Below, one piece after another: positions 27,890 to 34,701 of a DNA stretch of 58,573 nucleotides (the first letter of the stretch is position 1; each line of letters begins with the position of its first letter). The notes below the pieces were generated by a model. The model worked only from the letters and a program-made list of their open reading frames with translations, was not told the DNA's origin and made no database searches. The stretch covers positions 1-58,573 of the IMG/VR virus record IMGVR_UViG_3300031857_000201; one strand, 5' to 3'. The stretch is from a virus (Duplodnaviria > Caudoviricetes). The translations under genes and the position numbers were made by a program.

Positions 27890-27960
27890 ACTATTATATT
27901 CACCATCCATTGTACATGGATGAAAAATGTATGTAATATTTTCTTTGTGTAATGTCTGAC
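27890..27960. promoter_or_regulatory. Divergent promoter region with palindrome
   Basis: Minus-strand TATAAT at 27893-98, CATCCAT-N5-ATGGATG at 27904-22, plus-strand TGTAATAT at 27932. This is the strand-switch point of the genome. Confidence 0.55.
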
Positions 27961-27976
27961 TGTTGAAAGGAGCTTT

Positions 27977-28102
27977 ATGTCCCAATTACTCTCTATCATA
28001 ATCATCTTATTCTGCGGTGCGATTGTAGCTGTTCTAGGTATCATAGGCGTGCTGTGGTTTATAGAAGCATTAGAAATACGCGACCCATGGGAGAACGACT
28101 GA
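27977..28102 (+). CDS. 41-aa membrane peptide (not in ORF track)
   Basis: TTGAAAGGAG RBS, MSQLLSIIIILFCGAIVAVLGIIGVLWFIE..., stop overlaps the next ATG. Confidence 0.65.
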   Translation: MSQLLSIIIILFCGAIVAVLGIIGVLWFIEALEIRDPWEND

Positions 28103-28326
28103 TGACTAAAGAAGACATTATCCGCATGGCGCGGGAGGCTGGCTTTGAATCTCACGATGCCATCATCAATTACCCAAAAGAACTCCAACGCTTCGCAGCC
28201 TTAGTCGCAGCAGCCGAGCGTGAGGCGTGTGCGAAGGTATGCGAGAACTATCCCGATTCGATATATGTGTGGACTGATGTCAAAGCAAAGTTTGCTGACG
28301 CTATCCGCGCAAGGAGAAAACAATGA
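28102..28326 (+). CDS. Hypothetical early protein
   Basis: MTKEDIIRMAREAG...FAALVAAAEREACAKVC...ADAIRAR, a common small phage family. Confidence 0.75.
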   Translation: MTKEDIIRMAREAGFESHDAIINYPKELQRFAALVAAAEREACAKVCENYPDSIYVWTDVKAKFADAIRARRKQ

Positions 28327-28562
28327 AACCACAAACACTTAAGGTTGGCGATATCGTGGTGACGGATACGTTCGTCAATGCTACATTATGGCGAATCACT
28401 AAGATTCTTGATGGCGACGTTGTTGAGGTAGCTTTGGTCAAGTTTGAGGGTGATGAGCCTGTTGATGGCGTGTACCCTATACATGATTTCTTTCATCTCA
28501 ATACAAAACAAAAAGAGGAATACCGTGAGCGACTACAAGAATATAGAAGCAGAGCTGGTTGA
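28323..28562 (+). CDS. Hypothetical early protein (SH3/KOW-like start)
   Basis: AAGGAG RBS, LKVGDIVV motif, ATGA overlap. Confidence 0.65.
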   Translation: MKPQTLKVGDIVVTDTFVNATLWRITKILDGDVVEVALVKFEGDEPVDGVYPIHDFFHLNTKQKEEYRERLQEYRSRAG

Positions 28563-28689
28563 GAAGCAAATACAAGACGCCGCCTCCATTTATCTTTTTG
28601 AAGGATGGTACTACCTTAGCGACTTGCAAAGAATGGTTGACGAGGCTCGTGAAGGTAAGCGAGTGGTGAAAGGAAATAGCAATGACTGA
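28525..28689 (+). CDS. Hypothetical early protein
   Basis: GTG at 28525 after GAGGA, 54 aa. Confidence 0.5.
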   Translation: MSDYKNIEAELVEKQIQDAASIYLFEGWYYLSDLQRMVDEAREGKRVVKGNSND

Positions 28690-28765
28690 CATCGTTTACT
28701 TCCTACTTGGCGTTGTCTTTGGTTGTCTTTTGATTTTTCTGCGCGGCTTTTTTGGCGCATGGTGA
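28682..28765 (+). CDS. 27-aa membrane peptide (not in ORF track)
   Basis: AAGGA RBS, MTDIVYFLLGVVFGCLLIFLRGFFGAW. Confidence 0.5.
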   Translation: MTDIVYFLLGVVFGCLLIFLRGFFGAW

Positions 28766-28775
28766 AGGAGCAGAA

Positions 28776-29126
28776 ATGACTGACAAACTACGAGAAGCGG
28801 CTCAGATGGCGCTGCATGCGCTTCAAGAAAGCAAACCTATTGATATTGACGACCCAGCGGCTTTTTACCGCAGCGCTCATGCAATCGAAGCCCTCCGCGC
28901 AGCACTAGCGAACGAATTCAATCCTGACTGGGATGCGATGGCTGTAATGGTTGAGGAACAGCAGCGCATGGCAAAGCGCATCGAGGAATTGGAATCGGCA
29001 GCGCAGCGTGAATGGCAAGGGCTAACGAATGAAGACAAGCGTGAAATTATCAATGAAACAGAATCCAAGGACAGGGGGTATATCATGGCTTTAGTCGAAG
29101 CCAAGCTAAAGGAGAAGAATACTTGA
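28776..29126 (+). CDS. Hypothetical early protein
   Basis: AAGGAG RBS. LREAAQMAL..L, EWQGLT, EAKLKEKN motifs. Confidence 0.75.
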   Translation: MTDKLREAAQMALHALQESKPIDIDDPAAFYRSAHAIEALRAALANEFNPDWDAMAVMVEEQQRMAKRIEELESAAQREWQGLTNEDKREIINETESKDRGYIMALVEAKLKEKNT

Positions 29127-29326
29127 ATGACGTATACAAAATCAAAAGTGATCTTTATGGACGCAAATATTGCTCCAGCTGTCGCGTGCACCAAGAACAG
29201 GCCGGCGGTGAGTATAAGGCTACAAGATCTACAAGGCGTTGGGTATGTATGCATTGCATAAAACGTACACGTGAATCTGGCTTCTCAACAAAAAGGAAAA
29301 TAACACATGGTCACACCACGCAGTGA
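29123..29326 (+). CDS. Small zinc-finger protein
   Basis: CSSC...WVCMHC. Confidence 0.65.
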   Translation: MNDVYKIKSDLYGRKYCSSCRVHQEQAGGEYKATRSTRRWVCMHCIKRTRESGFSTKRKITHGHTTQ

Positions 29327-29558
29327 GTCATATGAATCTAACGAGCTCTTTGAATACCTCAAAAACAAATACAACTTACAAAGTGATTACGCTTTGGCTA
29401 AGTTCTTGGCAGCATCAGCGCCAACCATAAGTCGTATTAACAATGGCAGACGCGGCTTAACGCCAAAGATGATCCTTTACATTTATGACCGTACAAGTTT
29501 ACCAATCGAAGATATTCGCAACATGTTTAAAAAGAAGATTGCCAAGGATAAACTATGA
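29307..29558 (+). CDS. XRE/Cro-like helix-turn-helix regulator
   Basis: SDYALAKFL...APTISRINNGRR.LT. Confidence 0.75.
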   Translation: MVTPRSESYESNELFEYLKNKYNLQSDYALAKFLAASAPTISRINNGRRGLTPKMILYIYDRTSLPIEDIRNMFKKKIAKDKL

Positions 29559-29791
29559 AGCAGATGCATAAAGAATTAGCACGTGCTGTACTAGCTTATG
29601 ATGCCGCCATACAGCTTTGCGCGGATGACCCTGAAAAGATGGCAGCATTTCGCACTGCTCAAGGCGACGTATTAGATGATCTTTACTTCCGTATGCTTGA
29701 ATACGCCCGCTTCATACTCTCACAACCAGAGCCTACCAACAATCTACCCCCTAACGTCATACCTTGGAAAAAAGGAGAAGAAAATGACTGA
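29555..29791 (+). CDS. Hypothetical protein
   Basis: AAGGA RBS, coupled, ends with NVIPW motif. Confidence 0.65.
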   Translation: MKQMHKELARAVLAYDAAIQLCADDPEKMAAFRTAQGDVLDDLYFRMLEYARFILSQPEPTNNLPPNVIPWKKGEEND

Positions 29792-30029
29792 GCTCAGCAA
29801 CTTTCAAAAGCAATTCTTGGCCAACTCAGGCCACGTACAAGTTTTTACGCAAAAAGAATTTGATGACGCCCTTACATTGGCCAAGGCTGAGATCATGACT
29901 GTTGCCATTGAGACCACAAAGCAGGCTATCTTTATAGAAAGAGAAGAATGCGCCAAGGTCGCAGAGGCTGAAGGGCAGCCAGATATTGCCGAGAAGATAA
30001 GGAATCGTATCCCTACGCAACGGCAATGA
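29784..30029 (+). CDS. Hypothetical protein
   Basis: ATG at 29784 after AAGGAG. EREECAKV motif shared with 28102..28326. Confidence 0.7.
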   Translation: MTELSNFQKQFLANSGHVQVFTQKEFDDALTLAKAEIMTVAIETTKQAIFIEREECAKVAEAEGQPDIAEKIRNRIPTQRQ

Positions 30030-30084
30030 TACTTTTTGGCAACTATTTGTGCGCTTTTTTCGTAAATTTGTGCATTTTGCCTGT

Positions 30085-30125
30085 TTCCAAGACGAAAGAT
30101 TGGTGTAATATGCTCATGTAGCACC
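30085..30125 (+). promoter_or_regulatory. Putative early promoter
   Basis: TGGTGTAATAT followed by GCTCATGTAGCA. Similar elements at 31141, 31881 and 41651. Confidence 0.5.
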
Positions 30126-30156
30126 CCACTTAACTGAACTTGGAAAGGAATACATC

Positions 30157-31116
30157 ATGGCTCACATGCTTGCAACCACTGCATCCGGCAAAGCCGCAAT
30201 GGCCTACGTTGGCGACACCCCTTGGCACGGCCTTGGTCAAAAGCTGACCGACAACGCACCTTTGGAAGTTTGGGCCGAGGAATCCGGTCTGGACTTCATG
30301 ATCCAATCTGCTGGCGTCCAGTTTCAAACGCCAAATACAGCATGGTCAAAGCAACAATTGCTTCCCTATGAAGGCAAGAAGGTTCTTTACCGCGCTGACT
30401 CCAACCTGCCACTTGGTCTGGTCTCAGATAAATACAACATTGTGCAGCCAATGGAAGTGCTGGAATTCTTCCGTGACATGATTGGCAGCATTGCGCATCT
30501 GGAAACTGCCGGTGTGCTTCGCAATGGTGCTCATTACTGGGCACTGGCTAAAATGGATGGCGAGTTCTCTGTGGCTGGCGACAAAGTGGCTCAATATCTC
30601 CTTATGGCTTCCAGTTGCGATGGCTCGCTAGCCACTCAGGCAAGGCTCACCTCGGTCCGCGTTGTATGCAATAACACTCTGCAAATTGCCGCTGGCTCAC
30701 GCAATGGCGACGTCGTCAAGGTTCGTCATAACTCAGTCTTTAACGCAGCTCATGTCAAAACTTCTCTTGGCGAGTTCAACCAAGCCTTCAAGGACTTCGA
30801 GGCCACCGCCAAGCTCCTGGCCAAGATTAAGATTGATTCCACTCAAGCAATGGGTGTCTTTACCAAGATTCTTGGCGGCGACGATAAGAAGCCAAGCCGC
30901 GCAGCAACTCGAGCACTGGCTCTCTTCGAAGGCGCAGGCATCGGTGCTGAGCTGGAATCTGCCAAAGGTACAGCCTGGGGCGCTCTCAACGCCGTCACGC
31001 AGTTGATGGATTGGGAAACGGCTCGTACACCGGATGCTAGAATGGCAAATGCCTGGTTTGGTGGCGGTGTTAATGTTAAGGCAAAAGCAGCAGAAGAATT
31101 GCTGACTCTTGCATAA
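30157..31116 (+). CDS. DUF932 family (phage/plasmid-like) protein
   Basis: MAYVG.TPWHGLG, ETAG.L..G...W.LA, S.DGS, RVVCNNTL, GTAWG.LNAVT. Confidence 0.88.
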   Translation: MAHMLATTASGKAAMAYVGDTPWHGLGQKLTDNAPLEVWAEESGLDFMIQSAGVQFQTPNTAWSKQQLLPYEGKKVLYRADSNLPLGLVSDKYNIVQPMEVLEFFRDMIGSIAHLETAGVLRNGAHYWALAKMDGEFSVAGDKVAQYLLMASSCDGSLATQARLTSVRVVCNNTLQIAAGSRNGDVVKVRHNSVFNAAHVKTSLGEFNQAFKDFEATAKLLAKIKIDSTQAMGVFTKILGGDDKKPSRAATRALALFEGAGIGAELESAKGTAWGALNAVTQLMDWETARTPDARMANAWFGGGVNVKAKAAEELLTLA

Positions 31117-31121
31117 ATTTG

Positions 31122-31180
31122 TTTACTTTCCCTGGCGAAATGGTATTATGGCTCATGTGGCAAGCAACACCGCCACATGA
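31122..31180 (+). promoter_or_regulatory. Sigma70-like promoter with a 5' leader hairpin
   Basis: TTTACT-16 nt-TATTAT with extended TGn, followed by TCATGTGGC-N10-GCCACATGA. Confidence 0.6.
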
Positions 31181-31207
31181 CCAAACTGATAATTGAAAGG
31201 AATGACC

Positions 31208-31612
31208 ATGAGACAGCTTGCAAGTAATGTACGCATCAACACCTCCGGCGACCCGTTCAAAGTCACGCACGATGTCGTGGTTGAGGTCCTCGAAAATGGC
31301 CAATGGGTTAAGCATGCTGGCTTCAACTCACTCTCCAATGACTATGCGTATACCTCAGCTAACGAGGCTGCTACGCGGTATATGACTCTCAATCCGGTTC
31401 TGCCTCCCGAGCGTGTGCATACCTTTGGCAAGATGGTTGGTGCCAACCTGGTCTATCGCCAATACGAGACTTTCATCTCCGATGGCGCCACTCTGTTCCC
31501 CCAACTGGCATACGTAGCCTACGAAAAAGGTGCTTGCGGCGATGATGTGCATGCCTACGGCGCCACTCCGGAAGAGGCTGTTGCCAATCTCCGCGAAATG
31601 ATCGAAGACTAA
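31208..31612 (+). CDS. Hypothetical early protein
   Basis: TTGAAAGGA RBS. C-terminal AYGATPEEAVANL resembles HicB-like motifs. Start uncertain (31202 or 31208). Confidence 0.7.
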   Translation: MRQLASNVRINTSGDPFKVTHDVVVEVLENGQWVKHAGFNSLSNDYAYTSANEAATRYMTLNPVLPPERVHTFGKMVGANLVYRQYETFISDGATLFPQLAYVAYEKGACGDDVHAYGATPEEAVANLREMIED

Positions 31613-31615
31613 TCC

Positions 31616-31636
31616 AGGCCCTTCGGGGCCTTTTTT
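31616..31636 (+). terminator. Intrinsic terminator with C(UUCG)G loop
   Basis: AGGCCC-TTCG-GGGCCT-TTTTT. Confidence 0.9.
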
Positions 31637-31656
31637 GACTATTGAAAGGAACTACC

Positions 31657-31878
31657 ATGGATACCAATCGCACCTTCACTCTGGCCCAACTGGATGCTCT
31701 GTGCCATGCCCTTGATGACTACCTGGCCCTTACTGTCGATGAGCACTTTGCATTGCATAACACTATGACAACTGAGTTCAAATCAATTCGTGACCGGTTG
31801 ATGGCCAACTATACTCCTATCGAAGCTCGGATCTATGCCATGAAAGTTATGCAGCAAATTCCTATTACAACCGAGTAA
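31657..31878 (+). CDS. Hypothetical protein
   Basis: ATG after TTGAAAGGA RBS. Confidence 0.7.
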   Translation: MDTNRTFTLAQLDALCHALDDYLALTVDEHFALHNTMTTEFKSIRDRLMANYTPIEARIYAMKVMQQIPITTE

Positions 31879-31942
31879 TATGGTGTATATTTGTTCTGTT
31901 GTCCACTCGTCCACTCGTTGTTGATTATTGAAAGGTAGTCAT

Positions 31943-32470
31943 ATGAATATCTTCTTTTTGCACCGCCTGGCTCCTGTTGCTGCAGCTATGCATTGCGACA
32001 AGCATGTTGGCAAAATGCTTATCGAATCCTGCCAACTCCTAGCCACAGCGCATCACGTCCATGGCAATGGCCATGCAGTATCCTACAAATCTACGCATGT
32101 CAACCATCCTAGCGCCATCTGGACTCGCCAGTCACGTTTGCATTATGACTACGTCGTTACTCTAGCCACCTACCTTGGCCGCGAATTCTTTGTACGTTAC
32201 GGCAAAAACCACAAATCACGCGACGTACTTGTTGCCGAGCTACTCAAAGCTCCACCTGCCATGTATGACATGCCTGCTACATGGTCCGACCCACCTCTAG
32301 CTATGCCTGACCAATACAAATCCAATGACGCTATCGAATCCTACCGTCGCTACTACGCTTCTAAGTCCGCAACCATGCCCATGCTTTATCACCGTGGTGA
32401 GCGACCCATGCCAATCTGGCTCAGTGACTATATCAACGAGCATCAGTCTACTGCCTTGGAGGCCGCATGA
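31943..32470 (+). CDS. Pyrimidine-dimer DNA glycosylase (DenV-like) family protein
   Basis: MNIF.L......A..HCDKHV.KM..ES.QLL, YK.TH.NHPS..W, P.AMPD.YK..D..ESYR.YY. Confidence 0.8.
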   Translation: MNIFFLHRLAPVAAAMHCDKHVGKMLIESCQLLATAHHVHGNGHAVSYKSTHVNHPSAIWTRQSRLHYDYVVTLATYLGREFFVRYGKNHKSRDVLVAELLKAPPAMYDMPATWSDPPLAMPDQYKSNDAIESYRRYYASKSATMPMLYHRGERPMPIWLSDYINEHQSTALEAA

Positions 32471-32628
32471 GTCTCTATCGTCTCGAATGCGTAATTCTTG
32501 TCCATGGTGATAGCCTTGATGACGCTGTGCAAGAATTTACTGAGCAATTAGATCTTTTAGGCACACAATTTGGCGCAATTGCTGACGTATACATTGCCAA
32601 TGCTGAAGGCATTGAGGAGCTAGAATGA
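32467..32628 (+). CDS. 53-aa acidic protein (not in ORF track)
   Basis: GGAGG RBS, ATGA overlaps at both ends, MSLYRLECVILVHGDSLDDAVQEF... Confidence 0.65.
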   Translation: MSLYRLECVILVHGDSLDDAVQEFTEQLDLLGTQFGAIADVYIANAEGIEELE

Positions 32629-33026
32629 CTACCTTTGAGCAAGTAGGTAAGTTCAGGAAAAAAATGGGCTTGCCAATATCAACCTTTCCTCATTTGCTTT
32701 CACCTGAAGAGTCGTCCTATTTTGTGCGATTCATCCTCGAGGAAATTTCTGAGTACATGAAAGCCTATGAAGAAAATTCTTTGGTTGATGCTGCTGACGC
32801 CATTGTCGATCTTGTGTATGTTGCTCTTGGTTGTGCTCATGCAATGGGCCTACCTTTTGATGATCTATTTGAAGTGGTACATGCGGCAAATATGAAAAAG
32901 CAACCGGCCGATGATTTCATACGCTCTACTCGAGGTCGCCAATACGATGTGGTCAAACCCATTGGCTGGACTGGCCCCGAAGGCGAGATGATTGCTATCC
33001 TCTCACAATACAAAGGTGGCGAATGA
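32625..33026 (+). CDS. All-alpha NTP pyrophosphatase (MazG/PRA-PH-like)
   Basis: EEISEY...DAIVDLVYV..G, VH.ANM.K, KP.GW.GP. Confidence 0.85.
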   Translation: MTTFEQVGKFRKKMGLPISTFPHLLSPEESSYFVRFILEEISEYMKAYEENSLVDAADAIVDLVYVALGCAHAMGLPFDDLFEVVHAANMKKQPADDFIRSTRGRQYDVVKPIGWTGPEGEMIAILSQYKGGE

Positions 33027-33388
33027 AAATCTCCGACCTAATTGATAAGTATGTCGAAACCAAAGCTTTGAAGGAAAGCTTAAATGAGGACATCAAAAAG
33101 GCAAACGAAAAGTTGGCCGCCATTGAAGCCGACATTATGGAACAAATGGCTCTTGCAGGAATTACGCAAGCCGCGTCGGAAAAAGCAAGCTGCACCATGC
33201 GTGAAACGCATCATCCATCCATTGAGGATTGGAACGTCTTCTACGATCATGTTGCAAAGACAAATCAATTTGAACTTCTTCACAAGCGTTTATCCTCTCA
33301 AGTCTTCCGTGAGCGGTGGGAGTCTGGAGATCTTATACCCGGTACGAAAATGTCTTCCGTCTGGGAACTTTCCGTTCGTCGCAAGTAA
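33023..33388 (+). CDS. Coiled-coil replication-module protein
   Basis: N-terminal coiled coil, DW..FY......FELL.KR motif, upstream of the SSB. Confidence 0.7.
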   Translation: MKISDLIDKYVETKALKESLNEDIKKANEKLAAIEADIMEQMALAGITQAASEKASCTMRETHHPSIEDWNVFYDHVAKTNQFELLHKRLSSQVFRERWESGDLIPGTKMSSVWELSVRRK

Positions 33389-33407
33389 CTCGTTGAAAGG
33401 AGCCATC

Positions 33408-34154
33408 ATGGCCAAAACTAATAATGCTGTTGCACTGTTTGAAGATCAACTGGCCGCTATGGCCACAGAGAATGTCAAGGCCGAACAATCCGGTCTTACG
33501 GCCACGTTCCTGTCAACCAAAGGTGGAGTTCTAACTTACCGCGGTGACCCTATCACTGGCAATAAACTGGCCTGCGTTATTCTTGCAGCTCCAATTGAGC
33601 GCCTGTACTACTCGGATCGTTATGATCCTACCAAGATAGTAGGACCTAAGTGCTTTGCCATTGCTCCGGTAGCTACCGGCATGGGACCTGCCACAACTGC
33701 GGAGGCACCACAACATGAAAACTGCGAAGGTTGCCCACAAAACCAGTGGGGCTCGTCACCAACCGGTGGTAAAGGTAAAGCCTGCCGTGAAACACGTCGA
33801 CTCCTTCTCATCCCAGCAGATAGCATTACCACTGCGGAGTCTGTGGCTGCGGCAGAGGTCGCGGCGCTTCGACCGCCGGTCACCAGCATTAAGAATTATT
33901 CCAACTATGTACAAACAGTCGCCGCAACGCTAAAGCGCCCACCATTGGCTGTCATTACTGAGGTTGCTGTTGTACCGGATCCTAAGACGCAATTCAAGGT
34001 AACCTTCAGTATGGTCAAGGCGATTGACGATCCGGCGATTGTGCAGGCAATTATCAAGCGCTCTCAGGACGAGGTTCAAAGAGCTATTGAGACTGTAGGC
34101 CAAATGGAAGATGATGCGCCTGCTGCGCCTGTTGCTGAGTCAGATCGCTTCTAA
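33408..34154 (+). CDS. Putative single-stranded DNA-binding/annealing protein
   Basis: ATG at 33408 after TTGAAAGGAG. CEGCPQNQWGS...GKGKAC motif, acidic tail ending in F. Confidence 0.65.
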   Translation: MAKTNNAVALFEDQLAAMATENVKAEQSGLTATFLSTKGGVLTYRGDPITGNKLACVILAAPIERLYYSDRYDPTKIVGPKCFAIAPVATGMGPATTAEAPQHENCEGCPQNQWGSSPTGGKGKACRETRRLLLIPADSITTAESVAAAEVAALRPPVTSIKNYSNYVQTVAATLKRPPLAVITEVAVVPDPKTQFKVTFSMVKAIDDPAIVQAIIKRSQDEVQRAIETVGQMEDDAPAAPVAESDRF

Positions 34155-34165
34155 TAGGAGGCTTT

Positions 34166-34360
34166 ATGACCTTCATTAGCGTTGACGTACACCTTGATGA
34201 GTTTTCTGATGAGGATCTTATCGAGGAAATGAAATTGCGTGACCTGCACGTATTTGACGCCATGTGGTTGTACGACATTTACGTAACAAAAGGCAAGGAC
34301 GCATTTTATGATGCAGCCAAGCGTTTTGTAGAAGATACGACAGGTCGCATTATGGTGTAG
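34166..34360 (+). CDS. Small acidic hypothetical protein
   Basis: AGGAGG RBS, V.VDV.LDEFSDEDLIEE. Confidence 0.7.
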   Translation: MTFISVDVHLDEFSDEDLIEEMKLRDLHVFDAMWLYDIYVTKGKDAFYDAAKRFVEDTTGRIMV

Positions 34361-34364
34361 TTTA

Positions 34365-34433
34365 TGGGGGAAAGCGGATGCTGCCAATTTGATTAACCGG
34401 TCTGTGATCAAGGCAGAAGCAGCGAGTACCCCA
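34365..34433 (+). ncRNA. Candidate structured RNA (long hairpin with loop-E-like GAA/AGUA motif)
   Basis: Stems TGGGG/CCCCA, CTGCC/GGCAG and TTGATTA/TGATCAA fill the whole intergenic gap. Confidence 0.55.
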
Positions 34434-34452
34434 CCTTTTCTTGAGGATTGAA

Positions 34453-34701
34453 ATGAAAATGTTTACATTAATCTTTGTATGTACGATGCTGGTGAGTTGC
34501 TCATCAACATCCAACCCATCGCAGGCTTTGATACTTGATAAAGAGATCAATGCCATGAGCCGCAATGAAGTTATCATTGCAGTCAAAGAATGCGAAGTTA
34601 GTCGTATGCGCGCTGTATTGGTTATGGGTAAGCGTAAGATTGGTAACCATACAACAGATGTCGTCGTTGACGTAACTTGCGCACCTCTCTATTTCTACTA
34701 A
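34453..34701 (+). CDS. Small lipoprotein
   Basis: MKMFTLIFVCTMLVS-C lipobox, GAGGA RBS. Confidence 0.7.
   Translation: MKMFTLIFVCTMLVSCSSTSNPSQALILDKEINAMSRNEVIIAVKECEVSRMRAVLVMGKRKIGNHTTDVVVDVTCAPLYFY

Noticed and set aside
29307-29558. Lysogeny module
   Set aside because: The HTH gene has no integrase, partition genes or CI-type peptidase domain nearby. A temperate lifestyle is not supported.
33084-33407. 108-codon upstream extension of the SSB ORF overlapping 33023..33388 (possible frameshift fusion)
   Set aside because: A strong RBS and ATG exist at 33408, the extension looks like off-frame sequence, and I saw no convincing slippery site with a stimulator.
34365-34433. tRNA or hammerhead ribozyme
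   Set aside because: No TTC-containing T-loop or cloverleaf, and no CUGAUGA core.
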